Part shown: one piece after another, positions 30,460 through 39,564 of the stretch | Numbering within the stretch: position 1 is the stretch's first letter | Layout: each line of letters starts with the position of its first letter | Origin: Acidobacteriota bacterium | GTDB lineage: Bacteria; Acidobacteriota; Terriglobia; Bryobacterales; Bryobacteraceae | Reading direction: 5' to 3' | Length of the DNA stretch: 55,271 nt | Assembly (NCBI GenBank): GCA_016215215.1 | Contig: JACRKW010000030.1 | Coordinates: forward strand, 1 to 55,271 | Program-made: the position numbers and the translations under genes | The notes under the pieces: model-generated | What the model was told of the DNA's origin: nothing | Databases searched by the model: none | The model's input: only the letters and a program-made list of their open reading frames with translations

Positions 30460-32046
30460 TCAGGCGCCCACCGCCTCTATCAACCGCACCGCCGCCGCGG
30501 AGGTGCGGTGCGGGCATACCAGCAGATGATATGGGACCAGGGACCTGAATGCTCTAAGCGAGCCCGGGATTGCAGTCTCATCCGCTGCCGTCGCTTGAAG
30601 TCCCGCCCAACTCTGGGTCGGCGTAAAGAAGAACGATCGGTTGCGGCCCTTACGTGTACGCCAACTGAACACGTCCGCGTCGAGGTCTGGGACGAATTCT
30701 TGCTGCTCTACATGGGTAAGTTTGCGCCACTTTGGCTCGACTACGTCCCTACGGTTCCTTCGAGCGAGCATCTCGATCATAGGTCCGAGGACGAAGGAAC
30801 TGCCGGCATACCCGCGATAATCGGCGCGTTCCAGTTGGTCGGGCAGGGACTCAGCAAGGATCTCCTCGACCGAAAAATAAGGAGGCGCAAAAACAGTGCC
30901 ACGCCGCCCGTAGTTGACGTCCACTAGGGTGTTGAAAATGTTGGTCAGAATGCGGAATGCAGCGAGTTCTCGATTCTCCTGTTCGAGAAAGTGGATCATA
31001 TGGAGAAGATATGGGAATGCGGATTCTCCCCAAAACCAGAGACGCTTGGCGTGCTTCTCAATGAGCTGTGCGACTCGCCGGCGCGTTTCTGCATCTGACT
31101 TGGACTCCGAGTCGAGTTCAACGCAAGCGATTGCGCCGAGCACGATTGTAGTTCGGGCTCTCAACATAGGCCCGCCATCGGCAAAGAGGCCTGGTGGATT
31201 GCCTTCCAGAAAATCTTCGCGCGCCAGTGCCTCGTCGCGGAGACCCTGAAGGTTTGCCCGGATCTCGCCCATCACCAGCGACATGGACGTGGCCCACTGC
31301 GCTTTTGGGACGGAGTACCTGAGAACATACCGTGCCAAGCACGCTGCTAGTGCGGCCCATCCCTCCGCCATCCCGTAGTGGTTCTGCGCCCGCTCGAAGC
31401 CGTTCAACAGGTAGCTGGTAATGACGAGACTCCCAGTGATGGCGTCCACCGCGTCGGATTTCCGCGTAGGTTCCTCCCCGAGTGCCGTCAGCTCCAAAAC
31501 GCTGAACAGCTTCTCCTTTGGCAACATAGCGCGACCGTCGCTCAGATAAACTTCTAAGAAAGAGCGAATGTCAGGAAGCTCGGTCGGGACGAACCGACCC
31601 TGCGCATCAACGAAGGCCTTGAGCAACTCATCTCGGGCGATGACGGTCAGTTGCGCGTACTGCCTACCTTTCCGGAGGTTGTCTTCGTTGCGGGCGCTAA
31701 TCTCCACCCGGACCGGGTCAGTCACCACACCGTTGGTAACAAGATAGGCTCGATGGCCTTTCGACTTGTCGACGCCAGGATAGTCAATCGGCAACTCGAC
31801 AAGCTCCTGGACTTCACCCCGGATGTTACGCCACTCTTTCAGGTCTATGTCTCCGGTCTTTGTCTGGTAGCCGCAGTACTCGCCGTCTGGTTCGACCGTG
31901 ATGACATCCTTTCCTTGTTCCATCGGCCCGTGGGAAGACGAATGAAGGACACGATGCCCCTGATGCATAAGCACCTGGCAAAAGGCGGCTTGGTAGTTGC
32001 GCTCGTTGGTCCTAGTCAACCAGTTTTCGATTGCTCTCTCGATCAC
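30460..32046 (-). CDS. Mrr-like PD-(D/E)xK nuclease fused to a large helical domain
   Basis: N-terminal E, HGPMEQGKD, YQTK; GTG start overlaps the upstream gene by 35 bp. Confidence 0.75.
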   Translation of the reverse strand: MIERAIENWLTRTNERNYQAAFCQVLMHQGHRVLHSSSHGPMEQGKDVITVEPDGEYCGYQTKTGDIDLKEWRNIRGEVQELVELPIDYPGVDKSKGHRAYLVTNGVVTDPVRVEISARNEDNLRKGRQYAQLTVIARDELLKAFVDAQGRFVPTELPDIRSFLEVYLSDGRAMLPKEKLFSVLELTALGEEPTRKSDAVDAITGSLVITSYLLNGFERAQNHYGMAEGWAALAACLARYVLRYSVPKAQWATSMSLVMGEIRANLQGLRDEALAREDFLEGNPPGLFADGGPMLRARTTIVLGAIACVELDSESKSDAETRRRVAQLIEKHAKRLWFWGESAFPYLLHMIHFLEQENRELAAFRILTNIFNTLVDVNYGRRGTVFAPPYFSVEEILAESLPDQLERADYRGYAGSSFVLGPMIEMLARRNRRDVVEPKWRKLTHVEQQEFVPDLDADVFSWRTRKGRNRSFFFTPTQSWAGLQATAADETAIPGSLRAFRSLVPYHLLVCPHRTSAAAVRLIEAVGA

Positions 32047-32611
32047 TCCACTCAATCCTCTTTTTGGCGATGATCTCATCGCGACGTTTCCGTAAGACCG
32101 GATCAGTTTCCCACTCCGGACCCTTCTCTCGCAACACTTCGCCGAGTTCCGGCAGAACGACGATTCTTACAGAAGACAGATCCGGTTGACCGTATTCATC
32201 GAAGTCGATGTCGATTTTCTCGAGCAGATCGAGGAAAAGAGAGGGACTGAATGGCTGGCCGCCAGCGTCGACTCTATTGCCGGTGCGTTCCGTCACCTCA
32301 TCCATTCTTTCGTGAAGCATCTGAACCAGATTCTGTTGCTGTACTGTAACCGCGTTCATCATCACTTTGACATAGGCGCCGACGCCCTCCTCGACAATGG
32401 CCGTCCGCTCGACCGTGATTGGGATACTCATCTGCTTCGGAGAGGAGGTCTGCTTGTCCCCCTCTACATCCTGAGTTTCGAATCGGTCGCCTTCGAAGTA
32501 GGGGACTTGGTTGATGGCGCGGATCAGTCCGTCCTCGCGAACTTTCTCTTCGAAGGTGATCTTCGTGATCGTGAGCAATCGCCGTTTTAGATCAGGGAAG
32601 TCAGGAAGCAT
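32012..32611 (-). CDS. Hypothetical protein, possible truncated HK97 capsid/encapsulin-like fold
   Basis: 199-aa ORF with protein-like composition, coupled to the nuclease; fold call by pattern only. Confidence 0.7.
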   Translation of the reverse strand: MLPDFPDLKRRLLTITKITFEEKVREDGLIRAINQVPYFEGDRFETQDVEGDKQTSSPKQMSIPITVERTAIVEEGVGAYVKVMMNAVTVQQQNLVQMLHERMDEVTERTGNRVDAGGQPFSPSLFLDLLEKIDIDFDEYGQPDLSSVRIVVLPELGEVLREKGPEWETDPVLRKRRDEIIAKKRIEWSDRESNRKLVD

Positions 32612-33174
32612 TGATGTCAGTCGCTCAGGCCTGTCTCACGCAACCGCTCGGGCATGCCGTTCCCTAGCTTTTTCTTGGCGTGATCTGACCGGCTCTTGTA
32701 CCAGTCTGACTGAGAGTATAACTCTGGCTGAGGATCGCTGGTTGGAGCAAGCTTGGTGGTCTTCCTCCGCCTGCTGATGAGCTTCGGGCAGGCCGGATCG
32801 GACCGGTGTCCAGGCCGAGCGTAAGCGAGTTGATCGCACAGTGTGGATTCCGTTCGGAGTTCGGCCGCATGCAAGGTTGACTGGGCCAAGGACGGCCTGT
32901 CCGATGGCCGGATCCACCCCGCCCCCTGTCGGGCTCCTGGCACGATATTCGACTCGAATACTCGGCGGCGACAGGCAGCATGGGACTTTTCACCCTGGTC
33001 GACGAGCCGGAAGTCTTGAGTCGAGACACTGCCTTCCGAGGATGCTCGGGTAGTTCAAGAGCTTCTTAGGGTATCCCGGCATCCGTTACGAACTCGCTAT
33101 GGTTGATTGGCAGTCACCCACAGGAACGATAGTATCGTGTGCCCGTTCATGCACTACCATGTGATACTGATCCC

Positions 33175-33870
33175 ATGGGCGTAGCAAGGAGCCTGTTGAT
33201 CCTATCGGCCTGCCTGAGGACATTACAGTGCACCACGTTTCTCATCGCCCAGCGCGGCGACGTGATTGTAGTCGGTGCTGACTCTCGATCAACAATCACA
33301 ATTGATTACGCGTCGAAAAAAGCGGGGCCTAACACTTGCAAGATTCGCAAGTGTTCCTCCGGAATATATTTCGTAATTTCTAGCAATCAGGTGATCAACC
33401 TCAAAACAGGCATCGATTTCTTCCAGTTGGCAGTTCACGCCTGCAACATGCCTGGCGATCCTAGATCCAAGGCCGACTTCTTTGAGAAACAGGCGCTTGC
33501 CGCAGCCGACAGAATTCTGATCGAGGACCGGCAGAACACGGTGGCGTCTGTGGCGTTCTTCGGATACGACCACGGACCTTTCTACTTCTCCAGAAGCATC
33601 AGGCGGTCCCACTCTGAAAGGTATCAACAACCGGCGGTCGATTGCCCACGCGGGTGCTCCCAGTGGCTGGCTGGTGGGTATCGCGATGTGATTGATCGGC
33701 TTGCGTCGCAAGTATTTAAGGACCACAGGCTGGAGGAGGCTGTCACCATCCTGCTGACGAAACAGATCGAAGCCGACAGGAGTGGTGAGGTTGGTGAACC
33801 GATCTCGGTTCTTCAACTAGACGGATCGGGTGAACGTTGGGTGTCGTCTGGTCCGTGTCCTGCCCGATAG
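33175..33870 (+). CDS. Secreted Ntn-hydrolase, proteasome-beta/HslV-like
   Basis: Signal-like leader then TTFLIAQRGDVIVVGADSR (Thr1, Asp17), later CKI and VGEPISV. Confidence 0.7.
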   Translation: MGVARSLLILSACLRTLQCTTFLIAQRGDVIVVGADSRSTITIDYASKKAGPNTCKIRKCSSGIYFVISSNQVINLKTGIDFFQLAVHACNMPGDPRSKADFFEKQALAAADRILIEDRQNTVASVAFFGYDHGPFYFSRSIRRSHSERYQQPAVDCPRGCSQWLAGGYRDVIDRLASQVFKDHRLEEAVTILLTKQIEADRSGEVGEPISVLQLDGSGERWVSSGPCPAR

Positions 33871-33917
33871 TGCACGCTCCGGGCCACGCCGATCCCGATT
33901 CCGGACTGTGCCGATCA
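33871..33917. mobile_element. Possible orphan IS21-family end
   Basis: Starts TG; TCCGG...GCCGATC repeated with 22-bp period; no transposase nearby. Confidence 0.4.
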
Positions 33918-33952
33918 GAGATCGCTGAACACGGGTGCGGGCACGGTGGAAT

Positions 33953-34252
33953 TTAGCGGCTAAATCCGGAACCCGGATCGGGCGGCCTGGTCCCCATCAC
34001 CGTCTCCGTCCGCCCCACCAACTCCGCCGCCGCCACGCCCAATATCCCCGCCAGCTTGAACACCATCCGCAGCGTCGGGCTCTTGAGCCCCCGCTCCAGT
34101 AAGCTCACATAGCTCCGGTCCACTCCGGCCTCATGCGCCAGCCCCTCCTGCGACAGCCCCTTGGCCGTCCTGATCTCGCGCAGGGCGAGGCCAAACGCCT
34201 TGTCGGTGCCGGTCTGGGGCTGGACCTGCCTGTTGCTGCGCCGTTGAGCCAA
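33953..34252 (-). CDS. XRE-family HTH, controller (C) protein-like
   Basis: FGLALREIR..KGLSQEGLA..AGVDRSYVSLLERG..SPTL. Confidence 0.9.
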   Translation of the reverse strand: MAQRRSNRQVQPQTGTDKAFGLALREIRTAKGLSQEGLAHEAGVDRSYVSLLERGLKSPTLRMVFKLAGILGVAAAELVGRTETVMGTRPPDPGSGFSR

Positions 34253-34273
34253 GACAACATGCTGACCGGTGGA

Positions 34274-34300
34274 GGACTAAAGTCCAACGGACTATAGTCC
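34274..34300. promoter_or_regulatory. Tandem C-box-like operators
   Basis: GGACTAAAGTCC-AAC-GGACTATAGTCC, 15-bp period, directly upstream of the XRE gene. Confidence 0.75.
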
Positions 34301-34370
34301 GAATAGTAGAGTGCGTGTTGCCCCGGGCAACATCTGTCCGTTCTGCCCGCCGACGGCCAAGGAGGTGACA

Positions 34371-34799
34371 GTGAGTCGTTCAAAAGAAGACCTTCAGCGG
34401 ATCTTTGACCGCACTTCGGGCAAGTGCCATCTCTGTCACGAGTGGTTGGTATTCGAGAACTACGGCAAACCTGCCGCTCAAGGCGGCTGGGAGATCGAGC
34501 ACTCGAAGCCCAAGGCCAAAGGTGGCACCGACCACATCAACAACAAGTACGCCGCTTGTGTGCAGTGCAACCGAAGCAAGGGGACAAAGACGGCCAAAAG
34601 CGTGCGGGCGAAGCACGGCAAGAAGAAGCCACCGCTGAACACCAAGCTGCGACAAGAGAAAATGGGGAATCGAGCCCTGAAAGGTGCAGGTGTTGGCACG
34701 CTCGCGGGGTACTTGTTGGACCCGACAGGGGGGATTCTCACCGGCGTAGGCTTGGTTCTTGGAGGAATCCTAGGGAGGTCAAAGGACCCAGATGATTGA
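34371..34799 (+). CDS. HNH endonuclease with C-terminal glycine-zipper hydrophobic tail
   Basis: CHLC, WEIEHSKP..GG....N....CVQCNRSKG; GAGVG...GVGLVLGGILG; RBS AAGGAGG. Confidence 0.88.
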   Translation: MSRSKEDLQRIFDRTSGKCHLCHEWLVFENYGKPAAQGGWEIEHSKPKAKGGTDHINNKYAACVQCNRSKGTKTAKSVRAKHGKKKPPLNTKLRQEKMGNRALKGAGVGTLAGYLLDPTGGILTGVGLVLGGILGRSKDPDD

Positions 34800-35323
34800 G
34801 ATGCACGACCTCCGCATCGTCCAACTGCGCACTGCCTCAGAAGGGGGTGATGCCGGCGCTCAACTTGAACTCGGCGAGATGTACTTCGAGGGCCGTGGCG
34901 TGGCTCGGGACTACGCGGAGGCGTTTCGATTGTTCCTCATGGCCGCGACGCTCGGGAACGCAGAGGCCCAATACAACTTGGGCTTGATGCACGCCCGAGG
35001 CATCCACGTAAAGGGAGACTACCATGAGGCAGTCCGCTGGCTGCGCGTTGCCGCTGAGAAAGGGAATCCCAAGGCCCAGTACAACCTGGGGCTAATGTAC
35101 TACAGAGCCAGAGGAGCACCGCTGGACTACGTGTCGGCCTACCAAGTGGGTAAGCGTTGCGGCCTCCAATTCTGTTGGGGACGAATCCACGGCCTACACC
35201 GCCTTCCGGGATCTAATTGCACGGAAACTGACTCCGCAACAACTGGCTCAAGCGAAGGACCGGGCGCAGGAGTGGGCGAGTCGGCAGTCGCAGCCCGCCC
35301 GCCGAGCCGAGCTGCCCGCCTGA
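34792..35323 (+). pseudogene. Sel1-repeat protein with a +1 frameshift at about 35143
   Basis: Three Sel1 repeats; removing one C gives DYVSAYKW...RDLIARKLTPQQLAQAKDRAQEW, stop at 35323. Confidence 0.8.
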
Positions 35324-35633
35324 TCAACCTCAGCGTGGCCGCCCTCCGGCGATGGAGGCATGTGCATCCGCCTCACAACCGCGAGATCGGGGGGCACTAC
35401 TCCCGTGCCGCGTTGCTGACATGGGTGGAGGAGCAGCCTGGATTACCGCCGGGGGACAGATGACCGGGGGCGTCGCAGTACCGACTCCGACTGACGGGAC
35501 TTACGCAGGCCTTTGACCGGGCCCACCCCCACCCCCGGGCCGTGGGCCTTCCCCTGGCTGGATGAGGCCGCCCCACCGGGCTGAGCCATCGCCAAATCGC
35601 GCTCAGGTGGCCGATCTGAACCCTGTGATCGCC

Positions 35634-36137
35634 TCACTGACACAGCGATCTATCCACGTACCGCTTGCTCCCGCTTGGGCTCAGCGTATAACAGCCGCCT
35701 CGCGGCCCGCGAATGTAGCGTGAGGACGCCGCTGCCGGCTGTTTTGTCGTCTGCGCGGGCTGGTTGGCTTGGGCATTCCCGGGCGGCGAGGTGTTTGCGT
35801 CACACAGAGATCGGTCCACGTAACGCTTGGTGCCACTCGGACTCAGTGTGTAGCAGCCACCTCGCGGACCGCGCAGGAATCCCGAAGGCGGTGCAACGGA
35901 TGGTGAATTGTTGTTTGCCGGGTCGACTTGCTGACGACTCTTTGGGTAGGAGGAGGATTGGCCAACTTTCGAACCTGCATCGCTGCAGAGCGACCGGTCC
36001 ACGTACTTCTTGTTTCCGCTCTTGGTGAAGGTGTAGCAGCCCCCTCGGGGGCCAAGAACATACTGCGCGCTAAGCAGAACTGCCGTAATGCTAAACAGCA
36101 ACAGCAGCGCACTCAGATGGAGAAGTCGACGTCCCAT
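35634..36137 (-). CDS. Secreted protein with three GPRGGCYT...SGxK(K/R)YVDRSLC repeats
   Basis: Signal peptide MGRRLLHLSALLLL; three near-identical motifs with Pro/Ser/Gln linkers. Confidence 0.85.
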   Translation of the reverse strand: MGRRLLHLSALLLLFSITAVLLSAQYVLGPRGGCYTFTKSGNKKYVDRSLCSDAGSKVGQSSSYPKSRQQVDPANNNSPSVAPPSGFLRGPRGGCYTLSPSGTKRYVDRSLCDANTSPPGNAQANQPAQTTKQPAAASSRYIRGPRGGCYTLSPSGSKRYVDRSLCQ

Positions 36138-36410
36138 CTCGTGCAGCCCTCGCCTGCAACGGTGCCCTGAGGCACACACTCATGTATAGGCTTGTTGACC
36201 TCTGAAATCAAGAGTATTCGATCGAGCCAAGTTACCGTAGCACGTCCTGGGTTGTGTGAAGGGCGTCCGGCAGCAGCGCCTACCTGAGGGTCCGTTGGTA
36301 AGTTGTCGTGTTGAAAAGGTCAGCGCGCGTGAACCACAGCCTCCAGCCCTTCATCTTCACCCCTATGGGGGCAGCCAACGGTGGATTTTAGCCGCCAAAT
36401 CAGGCCACAC

Positions 36411-36576
36411 TCAGAGCTCGTCGCACTTCTCGCTCCCGTCCTTCGCCTTCTCCAACGGGTACTTCTCCCGATCCCTTTCCAACTTCTCCTCCATTGCCTC
36501 TAGTAGGTCAATTCCAAGGTGGTCGGCCGAGTCGAACAAGTCCATCCCGATGTCCGCGGTCTCCTCCTTGACATTC
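36411..36576 (-). pseudogene. C-terminal fragment of a MazG-like nucleotide pyrophosphohydrolase
   Basis: VKEETADI...ADHLGIDL..AMEEKL....EKYPLEKAK. Confidence 0.7.
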
Positions 36577-37020
36577 ACGCTGGTTGTGGGCGAGACGGGC
36601 CTCGGGTCCCCGTCCGGCCAGTACGCCGCCACCGGCGACGACTGGACCACCGGCGATATTCACCTCTGGGGCGCCTGCCTCCAGCAGGGGAACGATCCGC
36701 AGAAAGCCTACGCCAGGACCTGGGCATCCCAGGCTCCACATGTCGTCTCCGGCCTTGCCGCCGGCCCGACCGTGGTCGCCTCTCCGGACAACTCCGTCTC
36801 ACCCTTCAGGATCCACGGCCCCGGCTCCAACCTCGCCGACTGCACCCTGCTGGAACTCACCGCCAATGGCGAACTCATCCTGGCGGGCGGCTCCGGTAAC
36901 GGCTATCGATTTGCGGAACTGGTGCCTGCAAACAACCCCTCCGGTTGGGCCGGCATGCTCAAGGTGAAGACACCCAGTGGCGCGACGCTTGGATATGCCT
37001 TGCTCTACTCTAATCCATGA
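36577..37020 (+). pseudogene. C-terminal fragment of a probable phage tail/fibre-like protein
   Basis: Beta-rich frame with IHLWGACLQQG; no start or RBS; abuts the MazG fragment. Confidence 0.45.
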
Positions 37021-37087
37021 GACATCAATTGTGCCAGACAGTTGGGGCGGGTGGCCTCCGCTCATCCGCCCCAACTGCTCGACGTGT

Positions 37088-37495
37088 TCACTTGGTGAGG
37101 CTCTTTGCCATCTCTTCATGTTCGGCGGCCATCGCGCGCATCTCAGCGGCCGCCTTACGGCAGTGTTCGGCGAAGTACTTGCAGTGCGCAGCACTGTTCG
37201 GGTGCATCGGGATCTTGCTCGATCCCATTCGGGGATTCCGGGTGTATTCCTCTGCAAGGGCCTCATGTTCCTTGGCCTCAGCCTCATGCTTTTCGGCCAT
37301 CGCCGCGTAATGACGGGCCAGTTTCATGTGGTCCGCCGGCGTCTTGGCGCTGGCTACGAGCGCCTTGACCTCCTTGGACTTCAACATGCCCTTCATCTCC
37401 GCGGCAGCCGCCTGAGGAGCCGGGCCCACGATCAGCGCAGCCAGAACCATCGATGAGACGATAGCTCGTTTCCAGTTCAGAATTGCTTGTTTCAT
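37088..37495 (-). CDS. Periplasmic His/Met-rich helical metal-binding protein
   Basis: Signal peptide; DHMKLARHY, EKHEAEAKEHE, MHP..AAHCKYFAEHC; RBS AAGGAG. Confidence 0.8.
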   Translation of the reverse strand: MKQAILNWKRAIVSSMVLAALIVGPAPQAAAAEMKGMLKSKEVKALVASAKTPADHMKLARHYAAMAEKHEAEAKEHEALAEEYTRNPRMGSSKIPMHPNSAAHCKYFAEHCRKAAAEMRAMAAEHEEMAKSLTK

Positions 37496-37552
37496 TCACC
37501 ATTCTCCTTGTTGCCCGCTCAGCGACTTGGTGAGCTCTGACACTCTGCTTAA

Positions 37553-37569
37553 AGCATCCGAGGGGCCAA
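37553..37569 (-). promoter_or_regulatory. Sigma-54 -24/-12 promoter
   Basis: TTGGCCCCTCGGATGCT on minus strand (GG-N10-GC), about 58 bp upstream of ATG 37495. Confidence 0.55.
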
Positions 37570-37743
37570 CCTGCCAGATGTCGCTACTTGATTGTGCCTC
37601 ACAGAGTTCTCTATGCTCTTGACTTCGTCTCTCAACGATTACTGGACATGCAGGGACAACGTTTGGAGAAACCCGTACAGTGCTCGACGGCGCCTGGCCC
37701 CGAGTTCCAGCTTTCGGGTGTAGGATTAGGCCAAGGAGGGACT

Positions 37744-38238
37744 GTGACGCAACGGAAGAGCGTGATCGCGAGCTTCGTTGCCATTCTTGTCATCGCGGGA
37801 CTCGGATACGCCACCTGGCGCTTCGTCAACGAGAAGAGCGCTCAGTCGTGTAGAGCTTGTGCGCGGCCCGTCCATTCGCACATGAAAACCGTCGCCATTC
37901 TGGACGGCCAACGGGCAAATTACTGCTGTCCGGCGTGCGCGTTGTCTGAGCATCAGCAGTCCGGCAAGCAGGTGCAAGTGGTCGAACTTACGGACTATCT
38001 CAGCAACACGACCCTGAAGCCGGATAGCAGCTTCGTGGTCCGGAATAGCGATGTGAACCCTTGCCTCCAGCATCGCCCCGCGGTTGGAGAGGACAGCCAA
38101 CCCCTCGAATCTCGATTTGACCGCTGCTCTCCCAGCGTGCTGGCCTTCCAAGATCGAAAGTCAGCGGTGGCTTTCGCGGGGGAACACGGGGGGCAAGTCG
38201 TCAAGTTTACTGACTTTGCCACTCAATACCAGCGATAG
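37744..38238 (+). CDS. NosL-like copper-binding membrane-anchored protein
   Basis: TM, CRAC, YCCPAC, VLAF...AVAFAGEHGGQV; RBS AAGGAGG. Confidence 0.7.
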   Translation: MTQRKSVIASFVAILVIAGLGYATWRFVNEKSAQSCRACARPVHSHMKTVAILDGQRANYCCPACALSEHQQSGKQVQVVELTDYLSNTTLKPDSSFVVRNSDVNPCLQHRPAVGEDSQPLESRFDRCSPSVLAFQDRKSAVAFAGEHGGQVVKFTDFATQYQR

Positions 38239-38261
38239 GTCTCGCCCGCAGCCACGGGCAC

Positions 38262-38500
38262 TCACACCTCTACTCGACGGAGGCGGAGGGCGTTCCCGAC
38301 GACGGAGACCGAACTGAAGCTCATCGCGGCTGCAGCGATCATCGGGCTCAGCAGCACTCCGAAAAAGGGGCAGAGCACGCCCGCCGCGATAGGCACGCCG
38401 AGCGCGTTGTAGACGACGGCGAACAACAAGTTCTCCTTAATGATTCGCAGCGTGGCGCGGCTCAGCCGGCGCGCGCGCACGACGCCACCGAGGTCACCTT
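38262..38500 (-). pseudogene. copA: 3' remnant of a Cu(I) P1B-type ATPase
   Basis: [27 protein letters not shown]...[19 protein letters not shown]. Confidence 0.85.
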
Positions 38501-39154
38501 CGTCCCTCGAAGGAGGCGGAGACTGCCGAAGGCCGTTGCGAAGTGCTCCGTCTCGACCACAGCGTCGAAACCTGCTTGACGAATGAATTCGGGCAGAAGG
38601 CCGCGAGCGTTGTCGGTCGTCGACTCGAACCCGTCCAGCAGTTGGGTCAACAGGAAGCCAGCCCGAAGTAGGAAGCTCGCCGACTGTCCCCAATCTGCGA
38701 TGTGAATCTCACCATCAGGACGCAGTACTCGGTGGCACTCGGAAAGCGCCGCTAGCTTCTCATTGCGCCGCAAGTGGTGGAATACAAGGCAGGATAAGAC
38801 CCGGTCAAAGGAACAGTCTGGAAACGGCAAGGGGCCAGGCGAGGCCTGATAAAGATGGATCTTCGATCGGTTTGCTCCTAACTTCGCGCGAGCGATGTCG
38901 AGGGCCTTTTCGTCGACGTCCACACCAACGATCTCCGCTCCGGGTTCCGAGGCCTCGATCATCAGGGTGAGGGTCCCCGTTCCACAGCCAAAGTCAAGCA
39001 CGCGCTGACCCGCTCGTACATCGGCCCGACGAACCAAAGCGAACTTGAACGCCTGTTCCGGCATCGCGCGACTCAGCGCCCAATCGTACGACCGGGTCAG
39101 CGAGTGATACCGCAGAGCTGGAATGTATCGTTTCTGATCTTGAGGTTGAGGCAT
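38462..39154 (-). CDS. Class I SAM-dependent methyltransferase (UbiE-like)
   Basis: [29 protein letters not shown]. Confidence 0.9.
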   Translation of the reverse strand: MPQPQDQKRYIPALRYHSLTRSYDWALSRAMPEQAFKFALVRRADVRAGQRVLDFGCGTGTLTLMIEASEPGAEIVGVDVDEKALDIARAKLGANRSKIHLYQASPGPLPFPDCSFDRVLSCLVFHHLRRNEKLAALSECHRVLRPDGEIHIADWGQSASFLLRAGFLLTQLLDGFESTTDNARGLLPEFIRQAGFDAVVETEHFATAFGSLRLLRGTKVTSVASCARAG

Positions 39155-39185
39155 TCGCTTCCCGCGCAGCAAGCATGGGCGCCGG

Positions 39186-39542
39186 TCAGTGCTTTTGACT
39201 CGGGCCGTGCTTTGGGGCAGCGGCTGGCGCGCTGTTATCGAGCAGCACCTCTTTCGCGATGATCTCGCCACTCGCCAGCGTTGTTCCGAATACGGCGACG
39301 CGATCACCTTTCTTAAAGCCGGACACAGATGTTTTGGTCTTCCCGCGTTCAAACGTTGTCTTGCCGTTGACCGTGATCGTCTTCACGCCCTTGTCCGTCT
39401 TGACTTCGATCCGATCGGCGGCGATTGACAGCACCTCGCCCTTGGTTGGGGTTCCCTTGTGTTGGCTGGGATCGTGGGCCCTCACTACGGCGGCACCCAT
39501 AAGACCAGTCAGGATCAGCGTCGCAAACAGCCTGTGGAACAT
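39186..39542 (-). CDS. Exported small OB-fold (DUF5666-like) protein
   Basis: Signal then HDPSQH; KGEV...KKGDRVAVFG...IIAKEV. Confidence 0.75.
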   Translation of the reverse strand: MFHRLFATLILTGLMGAAVVRAHDPSQHKGTPTKGEVLSIAADRIEVKTDKGVKTITVNGKTTFERGKTKTSVSGFKKGDRVAVFGTTLASGEIIAKEVLLDNSAPAAAPKHGPSQKH

Positions 39543-39564
39543 TCTTCCGTCTCCTTCGTTCGAG

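Noticed and set aside
32612-33138. Short overlapping ORFs and the palindrome TATTCGACTCGAATA near 32946
   Set aside because: No coding signal or RBS; a single palindrome is too little support
35640-36055. Three DNA repeats as a CRISPR array
   Set aside because: In-frame protein repeats with synonymous variation, long unequal spacers and no cas genes
36256-36576. 5' half of the 254-aa ORF
   Set aside because: Antisense read-through of the MazG-like fragment
37744-38238. NosL-like gene as evidence of a denitrification cluster
   Set aside because: No nosZ or nosDFY in the window; copper handling explains it
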